NCBI GenBank assembly: GCA_964247055.1
Contig: OZ176053.1
Span: 12,896,001 to 12,960,000, forward strand
Direction of reading: 5' to 3'
Source of the DNA: Paragordius varius
Taxonomy: Eukaryota; Animalia; Nematomorpha
Length of the DNA stretch: 64,000 bases
The notes below the pieces were generated by a model. That model did no database searches and was not told where the DNA came from. It saw nothing but the letters and a program-made list of their open reading frames with translations. This document shows positions 23,200 through 38,600 of this stretch, piece after piece. The position numbers were made by a program, and so were the translations under genes. Each line of letters starts with the position of its first letter. The first letter of the stretch is position 1.

Positions 23200-26100
23200 A
23201 GTTTTATAAATTAATTTTTAAAGTATCGTTGTAAAAATCGGATATGAAAGAGTTTTTCTAACTATCTCTATATTTATGTAGTCATACTAAGAGAATGTAT
23301 AAAAAATTATTTTCTTTACCGGCGACTAATATCCGATTTTTAAGGACAAATTTAACTTGCTTATTGTCGTATGCTAAATATTACATTAATTTTTAAAGTA
23401 TCGCTCTAATCAGATATTAAAGAGTTTGTCAAACTATCTCTATATATTGATGTAGTCTTACTAAGAGAATGTATAAAAAAAAATTTTGTTCACCGGTGAC
23501 CAATATCCGATTTTTAAGGACAAAGTTTAACTTGAGTATTGATACGACTAGTTTTGTAAATTAATTTTTAAAGTATCGTTGTAAAAATCGGATATGAAAG
23601 AGTTTTTCTAACTATCTCTATATTTTGATGTAGTCATACTAAGAGAATGTATAAAAAATAATTTGTTCACCGGTGACCAATATCCGATTTATAAGGACAA
23701 AGTTTAACTTGAGTATTGATGCGATTAGTTTTATACATTAATTTTAAAAGTATCGTTGTAAAAATCGGATATGAAAGAGTTTGTCAAACTATCTCTATAT
23801 TTTGATGTAGTCCTACTAAGAGAATGTATAAAAAACTTTTTTCTTTACCGGCGAGTAATATCTGATTTTTAAGAACAAAGTTTAACTTGCTTATTGTCGT
23901 ATGCTAAATATTACAATAATTTTTAAAGTATCGCTCTAATAGATATTAAAGAGTTTGTCAAACTATCTCTATATTTTGATGTAGTCTTACCAAGAGAATG
24001 TATAAAAAATAATTTTGTTCACCGGTGACCAATATCCGATTTTTAAGGACAAAGTTTAACTTGAGTATTGATACGACTAGTTTTATAAATTAATTTTTAA
24101 AGTATCGTTGTAAAAATCGGATATGAAAGAGTTTTTCTAACTATCTCTATATTTTGATGTAGTCATACTAAGAGAATGTATAAAAAATAATTTGTTCACC
24201 GGTGACAATATCCGATTTTTAAGGACAAAGTTTAACTTGAGTAATGCGACTAGTTTTATACATTAATTTTTAAAGTATCTTTGTAAAAATCGGATATGAA
24301 AGAGTTTGTAAACTATTTCTATATTTTGATGTAGTCTTACTAAGAGAATGTAAAAAAAATAATTTTGTTAACCGGTGATCAATATCCGATTTTTAAGGAC
24401 AAAGTTTAACTTGAGTATTGATGCGACTAGTTTTATACATTAATTTTTAAAGTATTGTTGTAAAAATCGGATATGAAAGAGTTTGTCAAACTATCTCTAT
24501 ATTTTGATGAAGTAGTACTAAAAGAATGTATAAAAATAATTTTGTTCACGGTGATCAATATCCGATTTTTAAGGACAAAGTTTAACTTGAGGATTGGTGC
24601 GACTAGTTTTATACATTAATTTTTAAAGTATTGTTGTAAAAATCGGATATGAAAGAGTTTGTCAAACTATCTCTATATTATGATGTAGTGCTACTAAGAG
24701 AATGTATATAAAATCATTTTGTTAACCGGTGATCAATATCCGATTTTTAAGGACAAAGTTTAACTTGAGTATTGATGCGACTATTTTATACATTAATTTT
24801 TAAAGTATTGTTGTAAAAATCGGATATGAAAGAGTTTGTCAAACTATCTCTATATTAATGTAGTCTTACTAAGAGAATGTATAAAAAATAATTTTTCTCA
24901 CCGGTGACCAATATCCGATTTTTAAGGACAAAGTTTAACTTGAGTATTGATACGACTAGTTTTATAAATTAATTTTTAAAGTATCGTTGTAAAAATCGGA
25001 TATGAAAGAGTTTTTCTAACTATCTCTATATTTTGATGTAGTCATACTAAGAGAATGTATAAAAAATAATTTGTTCACCGGTGACCAATATCCGATTTAT
25101 AAGGACAAAGTTTAACTTGAGTATTGATGCGATTAGTTTTATACAGTAATTTTAAAAGTATCGTTGTAAAAATCGGATATGAAAGAGTTTGTCAAACTAT
25201 CTCTATATTTTGATGTAGTCCTACTAAGAGAATGTATAAAAACTTTTTTCTTTACCGACGACTAATATCCGATTTTTAAGAACAAAGTTTAACTTGCTTA
25301 TTGTCGTATGCTAAATATTACATTTATTTTTAAAGTATCGCTCTAAAAATCAGATATTAAAGATTTTGTCAAACTATCTCTATATTTTGATGTAGTCTTA
25401 CTAAGAGAATGTATAAAAAATAATTTTGTTCACCCGTGACCAATATCCGATTTTTAAGGACAAAGTTTAACTTGAGTATTGATACGACTAGTTTTATAAA
25501 TTAATTTTTAAAGTATCGTTGTAAAAATCGGATATGAAAGAGTTTTTCTAACTATCTCTATATTTTGATGTAGTCATACTAAGAGAATGTATAAAAAATA
25601 ATTTGTTCACCGGTGACCAATATCCGATTTTTAAGGACAAAGTTTAACTTGAGTATTGATACGACTAGTTTTATAAATTAATTTTTAAAGTATCGTTGTA
25701 AAAATCGGATATGAAAGAGTTTTTCTAACTATCTCTATATTTATGTAGTCATACTAAAAGAATGTATAAAAAATTATTTTCTTTACCGGCGACTAATATC
25801 CGATTTTTAAGGACAAATTTAACTTACTTATTGTCGTATGCTAAATATTACATTAATTTTTAAAGTATCGCTCTAAAAATCAGATATTAAAGAGTTTGTC
25901 AAACTATCTCTATATATTGATGTAGTCTTACTAAGAGAATGTATAAAAAAAAATTTTGTTCACCGGTGACCAATATCCGATTTTTAAGGACAAAGTTTAA
26001 CTTGAGTATTGATACGACTAGTTTTGTAAATTAATTTTTAAAGTATCGTTGTAAAAATCGGATATGAAAGAGTTTTTCTAACTATCTCTATATTTTGATG

Positions 26101-27500
26101 TAGTCATACTAAGAGAATGTATAAAAAATAATTTGTTCACCGGTGACCAATATCCGATTTATAAGGACAAAGTTTAACTTGAGTATTGATGCGATTAGTT
26201 TTATACATTAATTTTAAAAGTATCGTTGTAAAAATCGGATATGAAAGAGTTTGTCAAACTATCTCTATATTTTGATGTAGTCCTACTAAGAGAATGTATA
26301 AAAAACTTTTTTCTTTACCGGCGAGTAATATCTGATTTTTAAGAACAAAGTTTAACTTGCTTATTGTCGTATGCTAAATATTACAATAATTTTTAAAGTA
26401 TCGCTCTAATAGATATTAAAGAGTTTGTCAAACTATCTCTATATTTTGATGTAGTCTTACTAAGAGAATGTATAAAAAATAATTTTGTTCACCGGTGACC
26501 AATATCCGATTTTTAAGGACAAAGTTTAACTTGAGTATTGATACGACTAGTTTTATAAATTAATTTTTAAAGTATCGTTGTAAAAATCGGATATGAAAGA
26601 GTTTTTCTAACTATCTCTATATTTTGATGTAGTCATACTAAGAGAATGTATAAAAAATAATTTGTTCACCGGTGACAATATCCGATTTTTAAGGACAAAG
26701 TTTAACTTGAGTAATGCGACTAGTTTTATACATTAATTTTTAAAGTATCTTTGTAAAAATCGGATATGAAAGAGTTTGTAAACTATTTCTATATTTTGAT
26801 GTAGTCTTACTAAGAGAATGTAAAAAAAATAATTTTGTTTACCGGTGATCAATATCCGATTTTTAAGGACAAAGTTTAACTTGAGTATTGATGCGACTAG
26901 TTTTATACATTAATTTTTAAAGTATTGTTGTAAAAATCGGATATGAAAGAGTTTGTCAAACTATCTCTATATTTTGATGAAGTAGTACTAAAAGAATGTA
27001 TAAAAATAATTTTGTTCACGGTGATCAATATCCGATTTTTAAGGACAAAGTTTAACTTGAGGATTGGTGCGACTAGTTTTATACATTAATTTTTAAAGTA
27101 TTGTTGTAAAAATCGGATATGAAAGAGTTTGTCAAACTATCTCTATATTATGATGTAGTGCTACTAAGAGAATGTATATAAAATCATTTTGTTAACCGGT
27201 GATCAATATCCGATTTTTAAGGACAAAGTTTAACTTGAGTATTGATGCGACTATTTTATACATTAATTTTTAAAGTATTGTTGTAAAAATCGGATATGAA
27301 AGAGTTTGTCAAACTATCTCTATATTAATGTAGTCTTACTAAGAGAATGTATAAAAAATAATTTTTCTCACCGGTGACCAATATCCGATTTTTAAGGACA
27401 AAGTTTAACTTGAGTATTGATACGACTAGTTTTATAAATTAATTTTTAAAGTATCGTTGTAAAAATCGGATATGAAAGAGTTTTTCTAACTATCTCTATA
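23200..27500 (+). repeat. 14-monomer higher-order repeat (~2467-2470 bp)
   Basis: Markers TATTTATG at 23271/25738 and TCGCTCTAATAG at 23931/26401. Confidence 0.8.
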
Positions 27501-29754
27501 TTTTAATGTAGTCATACTAAGAGAATGTATAAAAAATTATTTTCTTTACCGGCGACTAATATCCGATTTTTAAGGACAAAGTTTAACTTGCTTATTGTCG
27601 TATGCTAAATATTACATTAATTTTTAAAGTATCGCTTTAAAAATCAGATATTAAAGAGTTTGTCAAACTATCTCTATATATTGATGTAGTTAACTAAGAG
27701 AATGTATAAAAAATAATTTTGTTCACCGGTGACCAATATCCGATTTTTAAGGACAAAGTTTAACTTGAGTATTGATACGACTAGTTTTATAAATTAATTT
27801 TTAAAGTATCGTTGTAAAAATCGGATATGAAAGAGTTTTTCTAACTATCTCTATATTTTGATGTAGTCATACTAAGAGAATGTATAAAAAATAATTTGTT
27901 CACCGGTGACCAATATCCGATTTATAAGGACAAAGTTTAACTTGAGTATTGATGCGATTAGTTTTATACATTAATTTTAAAAGTATCGTTGTAAAAATCG
28001 GATATGAAAGAGTTTGTCAAACTATCTCTATATTTTGATGTAGTCCTACTAAGAGAATGTATAAAAACTTTTTTCTTTAACGGCGACTAATATCCGATTT
28101 TTAAGAACAAAGTTTAACTTGCTTATTGTCGTATGCTAAATATTACATTAATTTTTAAAGTATCGCTCTAAAAATCAGATATTAAAGAGTTTGTCAAACT
28201 ATCTCTATATTTTGATGTAGTCTTACTAAGAGAATGTATAAAAAATAATTTTGTTCACCGGTGACCAATATCCGATTTTTAAGGACAAAGTTTAACTTGA
28301 GTATTGATACGACTAGTTTTATAAATTAATTTTTAAAGTATCGTTGTAAAAATCGGATATGAAAGAGTTTGTAAACTATTTCTATATTTTGATGTAGTCT
28401 TACTAAGAGAATGTAAAAAAAATAATTTTGTTAACCGGTGATTAATATCCGATTTTTAAGGACAAAGTTTAACTTGAGTATTGATGCGACTAGTTTTATA
28501 CATTAATTTTTAAAGTATTGTTGTAAAAATCGGATATGAAAGAGTTTGTCAAACTATCTCTATATTTTGATGTAGTAGTACTAAAAGAATGTATAAAAAA
28601 AATTTTGTTCACCGGTGACCAATATCCGATTTTTAAGGACAAAGTTTAACTTGAGTATTGATACGACTAGTTTTGTAAATTAATTTTTAAAGTATCGTTG
28701 TAAAAATCGGATATGAAAGAGTTTTTCTAACTATCTCTATATTTTGATGTAGTCATACTAAGAGAATGTATAAAAAATAATTTGTTCACCGGTGACCAAT
28801 ATCCGATTTATAAGGACAAAGTTTAACTTGAGTATTGATGCGATTAGTTTTATACATTAATTTTAAAAGTATGGTTGTAAAAATCGGATATGAAAGAGTT
28901 TGTCAAACTATCTCTATATTTTGATGTAGTCCTACTAAGAGAATGTATAAAAAATTATTTTCTTTACCGGCGACTAATATCCGATTTTTAAGGACAAAGT
29001 TTAACTTGCTTATTGTCGTATGCTAAATATTACATTAATTTTTAAAGTATCGCTCTAAAAATCAGATATTAAAGAGTTTGTCAAACTATCTCTATATATT
29101 GATGTAGTCTTACTAAGAGAATGTATAAAAAATAATTTTGTTCACCGGTGACCAATATCCGATTTTTAAGGACAAAGTTTAACTTGAGTATTGATACGAC
29201 TAGTTTTATAAATTAATTTTTAAAGTATCGTTGTAAAAATCGGATATGAAAGAGTTTTTCTAACTATCTCTATATTTATGTAGTCATACTAAGAGAATGT
29301 ATAAAAAATTATTTTCTTTACCGGCGACTAATATCCGATTTTTAAGGACAAATTAACCTTGCTTATTGTCGTATGCTAAATATTACATTAATTTTTAAAG
29401 TATCGCTCTAAAAATCAGATATTAAAGAGTTTGTCAAACTATCTCTATATATTGATGTAGTCTTACTAAGAGAATGTATAAAAAAAAATTTTGTTCACCG
29501 GTGACCAATATCCGATTTTTAAGGACAAAGTTTAACTTGAGTATTGATACGACTAGTTTTGTAAATTAATTTTTAAAGTATCGTTGTAAAAATCGGATAT
29601 GAAAGAGTTTTTCTAACTATCTCTATATTTTGATGTAGTCATACTAAGAGAATGTATAAAAAATAATTTGTTCACCGGTGACCAATATCCGATTTATAAG
29701 GACAAAGTTTAACTTGAGTATTGATGCGATTAGTTTTATACATTAATTTTAAAA

Positions 29755-32216
29755 GTATCGTTGTAAAAATCGGATATGAAAGAGTTTGTCAAACTATCTC
29801 TATATTTTGATGTAGTCCTACTAAGAGAATGTATAAAAAACTTTTTTCTTTACCGGCGAGTAATATCTGATTTTTAAGAACAAAGTTTAACTTGCTTATT
29901 GTCGTATGCTAAATATTACAATAATTTTTAAAGTATCGCTCTAATAGATATTAAAGAGTTTGTCAAACTATCTCTATATTTTGATGTAGTCTTACCAAGA
30001 GAATGTATAAAAAATAATTTTGTTCACCGGTGACCAATATCCGATTTTTAAGGACAAAGTTTAACTTGAGTATTGATACGACTAGTTTTATAAATTAATT
30101 TTTAAAGTATCGTTGTAAAAATCGGATATGAAAGAGTTTTTCTAACTATCTCTATATTTTGATGTAGTCATACTAAGAGAATGTATAAAAAATAATTTGT
30201 TCACCGGTGACAATATCCGATTTTTAAGGACAAAGTTTAACTTGAGTAATGCGACTAGTTTTATACATTAATTTTTAAAGTATCTTTGTAAAAATCGGAT
30301 ATGAAAGAGTTTGTAAACTATTTCTATATTTTGATGTAGTCTTACTAAGAGAATGTAAAAAAAATAATTTTGTTAACCGGTGATCAATATCCGATTTTTA
30401 AGGACAAAGTTTAACTTGAGTATTGATGCGACTAGTTTTATACATTAATTTTTAAAGTATTGTTGTAAAAATCGGATATGAAAGAGTTTGTCAAACTATC
30501 TCTATATTTTGATGAAGTAGTACTAAAAGAATGTATAAAAATAATTTTGTTCACGGTGATCAATATCCGATTTTTAAGGACAAAGTTTAACTTGAGGATT
30601 GGTGCGACTAGTTTTATACATTAATTTTTAAAGTATTGTTGTAAAAATCGGATATGAAAGAGTTTGTCAAACTATCTCTATATTATGATGTAGTGCTACT
30701 AAGAGAATGTATATAAAATCATTTTGTTAACCGGTGATCAATATCCGATTTTTAAGGACAAAGTTTAACTTGAGTATTGATGCGACTATTTTATACATTA
30801 ATTTTTAAAGTATTGTTGTAAAAATCGGATATGAAAGAGTTTGTCAAACTATCTCTATATTAATGTAGTCTTACTAAGAGAATGTATAAAAAATAATTTT
30901 TCTCACCGGTGACCAATATCCGATTTTTAAGGACAAAGTTTAACTTGAGTATTGATACGACTAGTTTTATAAATTAATTTTTAAAGTATCGTTGTAAAAA
31001 TCGGATATGAAAGAGTTTGTCAAACTATCTCTATATTTTGATGTAGTCCTACTAAGAGAATGTATAAAAAACTTTTTTCTTTACCGGCGAGTAATATCTG
31101 ATTTTTAAGAACAAAGTTTAACTTGCTTATTGTCGTATGCTAAATATTACAATAATTTTTAAAGTATCGCTCTAATAGATATTAAAGAGTTTGTCAAACT
31201 ATCTCTATATTTTGATGTAGTCTTACCAAGAGAATGTATAAAAAATAATTTTGTTCACCGGTGACCAATATCCGATTTTTAAGGACAAAGTTTAACTTGA
31301 GTATTGATACGACTAGTTTTATAAATTAATTTTTAAAGTATCGTTGTAAAAATCGGATATGAAAGAGTTTTTCTAACTATCTCTATATTTTGATGTAGTT
31401 ATACTAAGAGAATGTATAAAAAATAATTTGTTCACCGGTGACAATATCCGATTTTTAAGGACAAAGTTTAACTTGAGTAATGCGACTAGTTTTATACATT
31501 AATTTTTAAAGTATCTTTGTAAAAATCGGATATGAAAGAGTTTGTAAACTATTTCTATATTTTGATGTAGTCTTACTAAGAGAATGTAAAAAAAATAATT
31601 TTGTTAACCGGTGATCAATATCCGATTTTTAAGGACAAAGTTTAACTTGAGTATTGATGCGACTAGTTTTATACATTAATTTTTAAAGTATTGTTGTAAA
31701 AATCGGATATGAAAGAGTTTGTCAAACTATCTCTATATTTTGATGAAGTAGTACTAAAAGAATGTATAAAAATAATTTTGTTCACGGTGATCAATATCCG
31801 ATTTTTAAGGACAAAGTTTAACTTGAGGATTGGTGCGACTAGTTTTATACATTAATTTTTAAAGTATTGTTGTAAAAATCGGATATGAAAGAGTTTGTCA
31901 AACTATCTCTATATTATGATGTAGTGCTACTAAGAGAATGTATATAAAATCATTTTGTTAACCGGTGATCAATATCCGATTTTTAAGGACAAAGTTTAAC
32001 TTGAGTATTGATGCGACTATTTTATACATTAATTTTTAAAGTATTGTTGTAAAAATCGGATATGAAAGAGTTTGTCAAACTATCTCTTAATTAATGTAGT
32101 CTTACTAAGAGAATGTATAAAAAATAATTTTTCTCACCGGTGACCAATATCCGATTTTTAAGGACAAAGTTTAACTTGAGTATTGATACGACTAGTTTTA
32201 TAAATTAATTTTTAAA
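29755..32216 (+). repeat. Tandem duplication of 7 monomers (1231 bp)
   Basis: Markers 29855/31086, 29991/31222 and 30514/31745 all have offset 1231. Confidence 0.8.
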
Positions 32217-35200
32217 GTATCGTTGTAAAAATCGGATATGAAAGAGTTTTTCTAACTATCTCTATATTTTGATGTAGTCATACTAAGAGAATGTATAAAA
32301 AATAATTTGTTCACCGGTGACCAATATCCGATTTATAAGGACAAAGTTTAACTTGAGTATTGATGCGATTAGTTTTATACAGTAATTTTAAAAGTATCGT
32401 TGTAAAAATCGGATATGAAAGAGTTTGTCAAACTATCTCTATATTTTGATGTAGTCCTACTAAGAGAATGTATAAAAACTTTTTTCTTTACCGACGACTA
32501 ATATCCGATTTTTAAGAACAAAGTTTAACTTGCTTATTGTCGTATGCTAAATATTACATTTATTTTTAAAGTATCGCTTTAAAAATCAGATATTAAAGAG
32601 TTTGTCAAACTATCTCTATATATTGATGTAGTCTTACTAAGAGAATGTATAAAAAATAATTTTGTTCACCGGTGACCAATATCCGATTTTTAAGGACAAA
32701 GTTTAACAGTATTGATACGACTAGTTTTATAAATTATTTTTAAAGTATCGTTGTAAAAATCGGATATGAAAGAGTTTTTCTAACTATCTCTATATTTTGA
32801 TGTAGTCATACTAAGAGAATGTATAAAAAATAATTTGTTCACCGGTGACCAATATCCGATTTATAAGGACAAAGTTTAACTTGAGTTTTGATGCGATTAG
32901 TTTTATACATTAATTTTATATCGTTGTAAAAATCGGATATGAAAGAGTTTGTCAAACTATCTCTATATTTTGATGTAGTCCTACTAAGAGAATGTATAAA
33001 AACTTTTTTCTTTAACGGCGACTAATATCCGATTTTTAAGAACAAAGTTTAACTTGCTTATTGTCGTATGCTAAATATTACATTAATTTTTAAAGTATCG
33101 CTCTAAAAATCAGATATTAAAGAGTTTGTCAAACTATCTCTATATTTTGATGTAGTCTTACTAAGAGAATGTATAAAAAATAATTTTGTTCACCGGTGAC
33201 CAATATCCGATTTTTAAGGACAAAGTTTAACTTGAGTATTGATACGACTAGTTTTATAAATTAATTTTTAAAGTATCGTTGTAAAAATCGGATATGAAAG
33301 AGTTTGTAAACTATTATATTTTGATGTAGTCTTACTAAGAGAATGTAAAAAAAATAATTTTGTTAACCGGTGATTAATATCCGATTTTTAAGGACAAAGT
33401 TTAACTTGAGTATTGATGCGACTAGTTTTATACATTAATTTTTAAAGTATTGTTGTAAAAATCGGATATGAAAGAGTTTGTCAAACTATCTCTATATTTT
33501 GATGTAGTAGTACTAAAAGAATGTATAAAAATAATTTTGTTCACGGTGATCAATATCCGATTTTTAAGGACAAAGTTTAACTTGAGGATTGGTGCGACTA
33601 GTTTTATACATTAATTTTTAAAGTATTGTTGCAAAAATCGGATATGAAAGAGTTTGTCACACTATCTCTATATATTAATGTAGTCTTACTAAGAGAATGT
33701 ATAAAAAATAATTTTGTTCACCGGTGACCAATATCCGATTTTTAAGGACAAAGTTTAACTTGAGTATTGATACGACTAGTTTTATAAATTAATTTTTAAA
33801 GTATCGTTGTAAAAATCGGATATGAAAGAGTTTTTCTAACTATCTCTATATTATGATGTAGTCCTACTAAGAGAATGTATATAAAATAATTTTGTTAACC
33901 GGTGATCAATATCCGATTTTTAAGGACAAAGTTTAACTTGAGTATTGATGCGACTAGTTTTATACATTAATTTTTAAAGTATTGTTGTAAAAATCGGATA
34001 TGAAAGAGTTTGTCAAACTATCTCTATATATTAATGTAGTCTTACTAAGAGAATGTATAAAAAATAATTTTGTTCACCGGTGACCAATATCCGATTTTTA
34101 AGGACAAAGTTTAACTTGAGTATTGATACGACTAGTTTTATAAATTAATTTTTAAAGTATCGTTGTAAAAATCGGATATGAAAGAGTTTTTCTAACTATC
34201 TCTATATTTTGATGTAGTCATACTAAGAGAATGTATAAAAAATAATTTGTTCACCGGTGACCAATATCCGATTTATAAGGACAAAGTTTAACTTGAGTAT
34301 TGATGCGATTAGTTTTATACATTAATTTTAAAAGTATCGTTGTAAAAATCGGATATGAAAGAGTTTGTCAAACTATCTCTATATTTTGATGTAGTCCTAC
34401 TAAGAGAATGTATAAAAAACTTTTTTCTTTACCGGCGAGTAATATCTGATTTTTAAGAAAAAAGTTTAACTTGCTTATTGTCGTATGCTAAATATTACAT
34501 TAATTTTTAAAGTATCGCTCTAAAAATCAGATATTAAAGAGTTTGTCAAACTATCTCTATATATTGATGTAGTCTTACTAAGAGAATGTATAAAAAATAA
34601 TTTTGTTCCACGGTGACCAATATCCGATTTTTAAGGACAAAGTTTAACTTGAGTATTGATACGACTAGTTTTATAAATTAGTTTTTAAAGTATCGTTGTA
34701 AAAATCGGATATGAAAGAGTTTTTCTAACTATCTCTATATTTTGATGTAGTCATACTAAGAGAATGTATAAAAAATAATTTGTTCACCGGTGACCAATAT
34801 CCGATTTATAAGGACAAAGTTTAACTTGAGTATTGATGCGATTAGTTTTATACATTAATTTTAAAAGTATCGTTGTAAAAATCGGATATGAAAGAGTTTG
34901 TCAAACTATCTCTATATTTTGATGTAGTCCTACAAAGAGAATGTATAAAAAACTTTTTTCTTTACCGGCGACTAATATCCGATTTTTAAGAACAAAATTT
35001 AACTTGCTTATTGTCGTATGCTAAATATTACATTAATTTTTAAAGTATCGCTCTAAAAATCAGATATTAAAGAGTTTGTCAAACTATCTCTATATATTGA
35101 TGTAGTCTTACTAAGAGAATGTATAAAAAATAATTTTGTTCACCGGTGACCAATATCCGATTTTTAAGGACAAAGTTTAACTTGAGTATTGATACGACTA

Positions 35201-35629
35201 GTTTTATAAATTAATTTTTAAAGTATCGTTGTAAAAATCGGATATGAAAGAGTTTTTCTAACTATCTCTATATTTTGATGTAGTCTTACTAAGAGAATGT
35301 AAAAAAAATAATTTTGTTCACCGGTGACCAATATCCGATTTTTAAGGACAAAGTTTAACTTGAGTATTGATACGACTAGTTTTATAAATTAATTTTTAAA
35401 GTATCGTTGTAAAAATCGGATATGAAAGAGTTTTTCTAACTATCTCTATATTTTGATGTAGTCTTACTAAGAGAATGTATAAAAAATAATTTTGTTCACC
35501 GGTGACCAATATCCGATTTTTAAGGACAAAGTTTAACTTGAGTATTGATACGACTAGTTTTATAAATTAATTTTTAAAGTATCGTTGTAAAAATCGGATA
35601 TGAAAGAGTTTTTCTAACTATCTCTATAT

Positions 35630-38600
35630 TTTGATGTAGTCATACTAAGAGAATGTATAAAAAATAATTTGTTCACCGGTGACAATATCCGATTTTTAAG
35701 GACAAAGTTTAACTTGAGTAATGCGACTAGTTTTATACATTAATTTTTAAAGTATCGTTGTAAAAATCGGATATGAAAGAGTTTGTAAACTATTTCTATA
35801 TTTTGATGTAGTCTTACTAAGAGAATGTAAAAAAAATAATTTTGTTAACCGGTGATCAATATCCGATTTTTAATGACAAAGTTTAACTTGAGTATTGATG
35901 CGACTAGTTTTATACATTAATTTTTAAAGTATTGTTGTAAAAATCAGATATGAAAGAGTTTGTCAAACTATCTCTATATTTTGATGTAGTAGTACTAAAA
36001 GAATGTATAAAAAATAATTTTGTTCACGGTGATCAATATCCGATTTTTAAGGACAAAGTTTAACTTGAGGATTGGTGCGACTAGTTTTATACATTAATTT
36101 ATAAAGTATTGTTGTAAAAATCGGATATGAAAGAGTTTGTCAAACCTCTATATTATGATGTAGTCCTACTAAGAGAATGTATATAAAATAATTTTGTTAA
36201 CCGGTGATCAATATCCGATTTTTAAGGACAAAGTTTAACTTGAGTATTGATGCGACTAATTTTATACATTAATTTTATAGTATTGTTGTAAAAATCGGAT
36301 ATGAAAGAGTTTGTCAAACTCTATATATTAATGTAGTCTTACTAAGAGAATGTATAAAAAATAATTTTGTTCACCGGTGACCAATATCCGATTTTTAAGG
36401 ACAAAGTTTAACTTGAGTATTGATACGACTAGTTTTATAAATTAATTTTTAAAGTATCGTTGTAAAAATCGGATATGAAAGAGTTTTTCTAACTATCTCT
36501 ATATTTTAATGTAGTCATACTAAGAGAATGTATAAAAAATTATTTTCTTTACCGGCGACTAATATCCGATTTTTAAGGACAAAGTTTAACTTGCTTATTG
36601 TCGTATGCTAAATATTACATTAATTTTTAAAGTATCGCTTTAAAAATCAGATATTAAAGAGTTTGTCAAACTATCTCTATATATTGATGTAGTTAACTAA
36701 GAGAATGTATAAAAAATAATTTTGTTCACCGGTGACCAATATCCGATTTTTAAGGACAAAGTTTAACTTGAGTATTGATACGACTAGTTTTATAAATTAA
36801 TTTTTAAAGTATCGTTGTAAAAATCGGATATGAAAGAGTTTTTCTAACTATCTCTATATTTTGATGTAGTCATACTAAGAGAATGTATAAAAAATAATTT
36901 GTTCACCGGTGACCAATATCCGATTTATAAGGACAAAGTTTAACTTGAGTATTGATGCGATTAGTTTTATACATTAATTTTAAAAGTATCGTTGTAAAAA
37001 TCGGATATGAAAGAGTTTGTCAAACTATCTCTATATTTTGATGTAGTCCTACTAAGAGAATGTATAAAAACTTTTTTCTTTAACGGCGACTAATATCCGA
37101 TTTTTAAGAACAAAGTTTAACTTGCTTATTGTCGTATGCTAAATATTACATTAATTTTTAAAGTATCGCTCTAAAAATCAGATATTAAAGAGTTTGTCAA
37201 ACTATCTCTATATTTTGATGTAGTCTTACTAAGAGAATGTATAAAAAATAATTTTGTTCACCGGTGACCAATATCCGATTTTTAAGGACAAAGTTTAACT
37301 TGAGTATTGATACGACTAGTTTTATAAATTAATTTTTAAAGTATCGTTGTAAAAATCGGATATGAAAGAGTTTGTAAACTATTTCTATATTTTGATGTAG
37401 TCTTACTAAGAGAATGTAAAAAAAATAATTTTGTTAACCGGTGATTAATATCCGATTTTTAAGGACAAAGTTTAACTTGAGTATTGATGCGACTAGTTTT
37501 ATACATTAATTTTTAAAGTATTGTTGTAAAAATCGGATATGAAAGAGTTTGTCAAACTATCTCTATATTTTGATGTAGTAGTACTAAAAGAATGTATAAA
37601 AATAATTTTGTTCACGGTGATCAATATCCGATTTTTAAGGACAAAGTTTAACTTGAGGATTGGTGCGACTAGTTTTATACATTAATTTTTAAAGTATTGT
37701 TGCAAAAATCGGATATGAAAGAGTTTGTCACACTATCTCTATATATTAATGTAGTCTTACTAAGAGAATGTATAAAAAATAATTTTGTTCACCGGTGACC
37801 AATATCCGATTTTTAAGGACAAAGTTTAACTTGAGTATTGATACGACTAGTTTTATAAATTAATTTTTAAAGTATCGTTGTAAAAATCGGATATGAAAGA
37901 GTTTTTCTAACTATCTCTATATTATGATGTAGTCCTACTAAGAGAATGTATATAAAATAATTTTGTTAACCGGTGATCAATATCCGATTTTTAAGGACAA
38001 AGTTTAACTTGAGTATTGATGCGACTAGTTTTATACATTAATTTTTAAAGTATTGTTGTAAAAATCGGATATGAAAGAGTTTGTCAAACTATCTCTATAT
38101 ATTAATGTAGTCTTACTAAGAGAATGTATAAAAAATAATTTTGTTCACCGGTGACCAATATCCGATTTTTAAGGACAAAGTTTAACTTGAGTATTGATAC
38201 GACTAGTTTTATAAATTAATTTTTAAAGTATCGTTGTAAAAATCGGATATGAAAGAGTTTTTCTAACTATCTCTATATTTTGATGTAGTCATACTAAGAG
38301 AATGTATAAAAAATAATTTGTTCACCGGTGACCAATATCCGATTTATAAGGACAAAGTTTAACTTGAGTATTGATGCGATTAGTTTTATACATTAATTTT
38401 AAAAGTATCGTTGTAAAAATCGGATATGAAAGAGTTTGTCAAACTATCTCTATATTTTGATGTAGTCCTACTAAGAGAATGTATAAAAAACTTTTTTCTT
38501 TACCGGCGAGTAATATCTGATTTTTAAGAAAAAAGTTTAACTTGCTTATTGTCGTATGCTAAATATTACAATAATTTTTAAAGTATCGCTCTAAAAATCA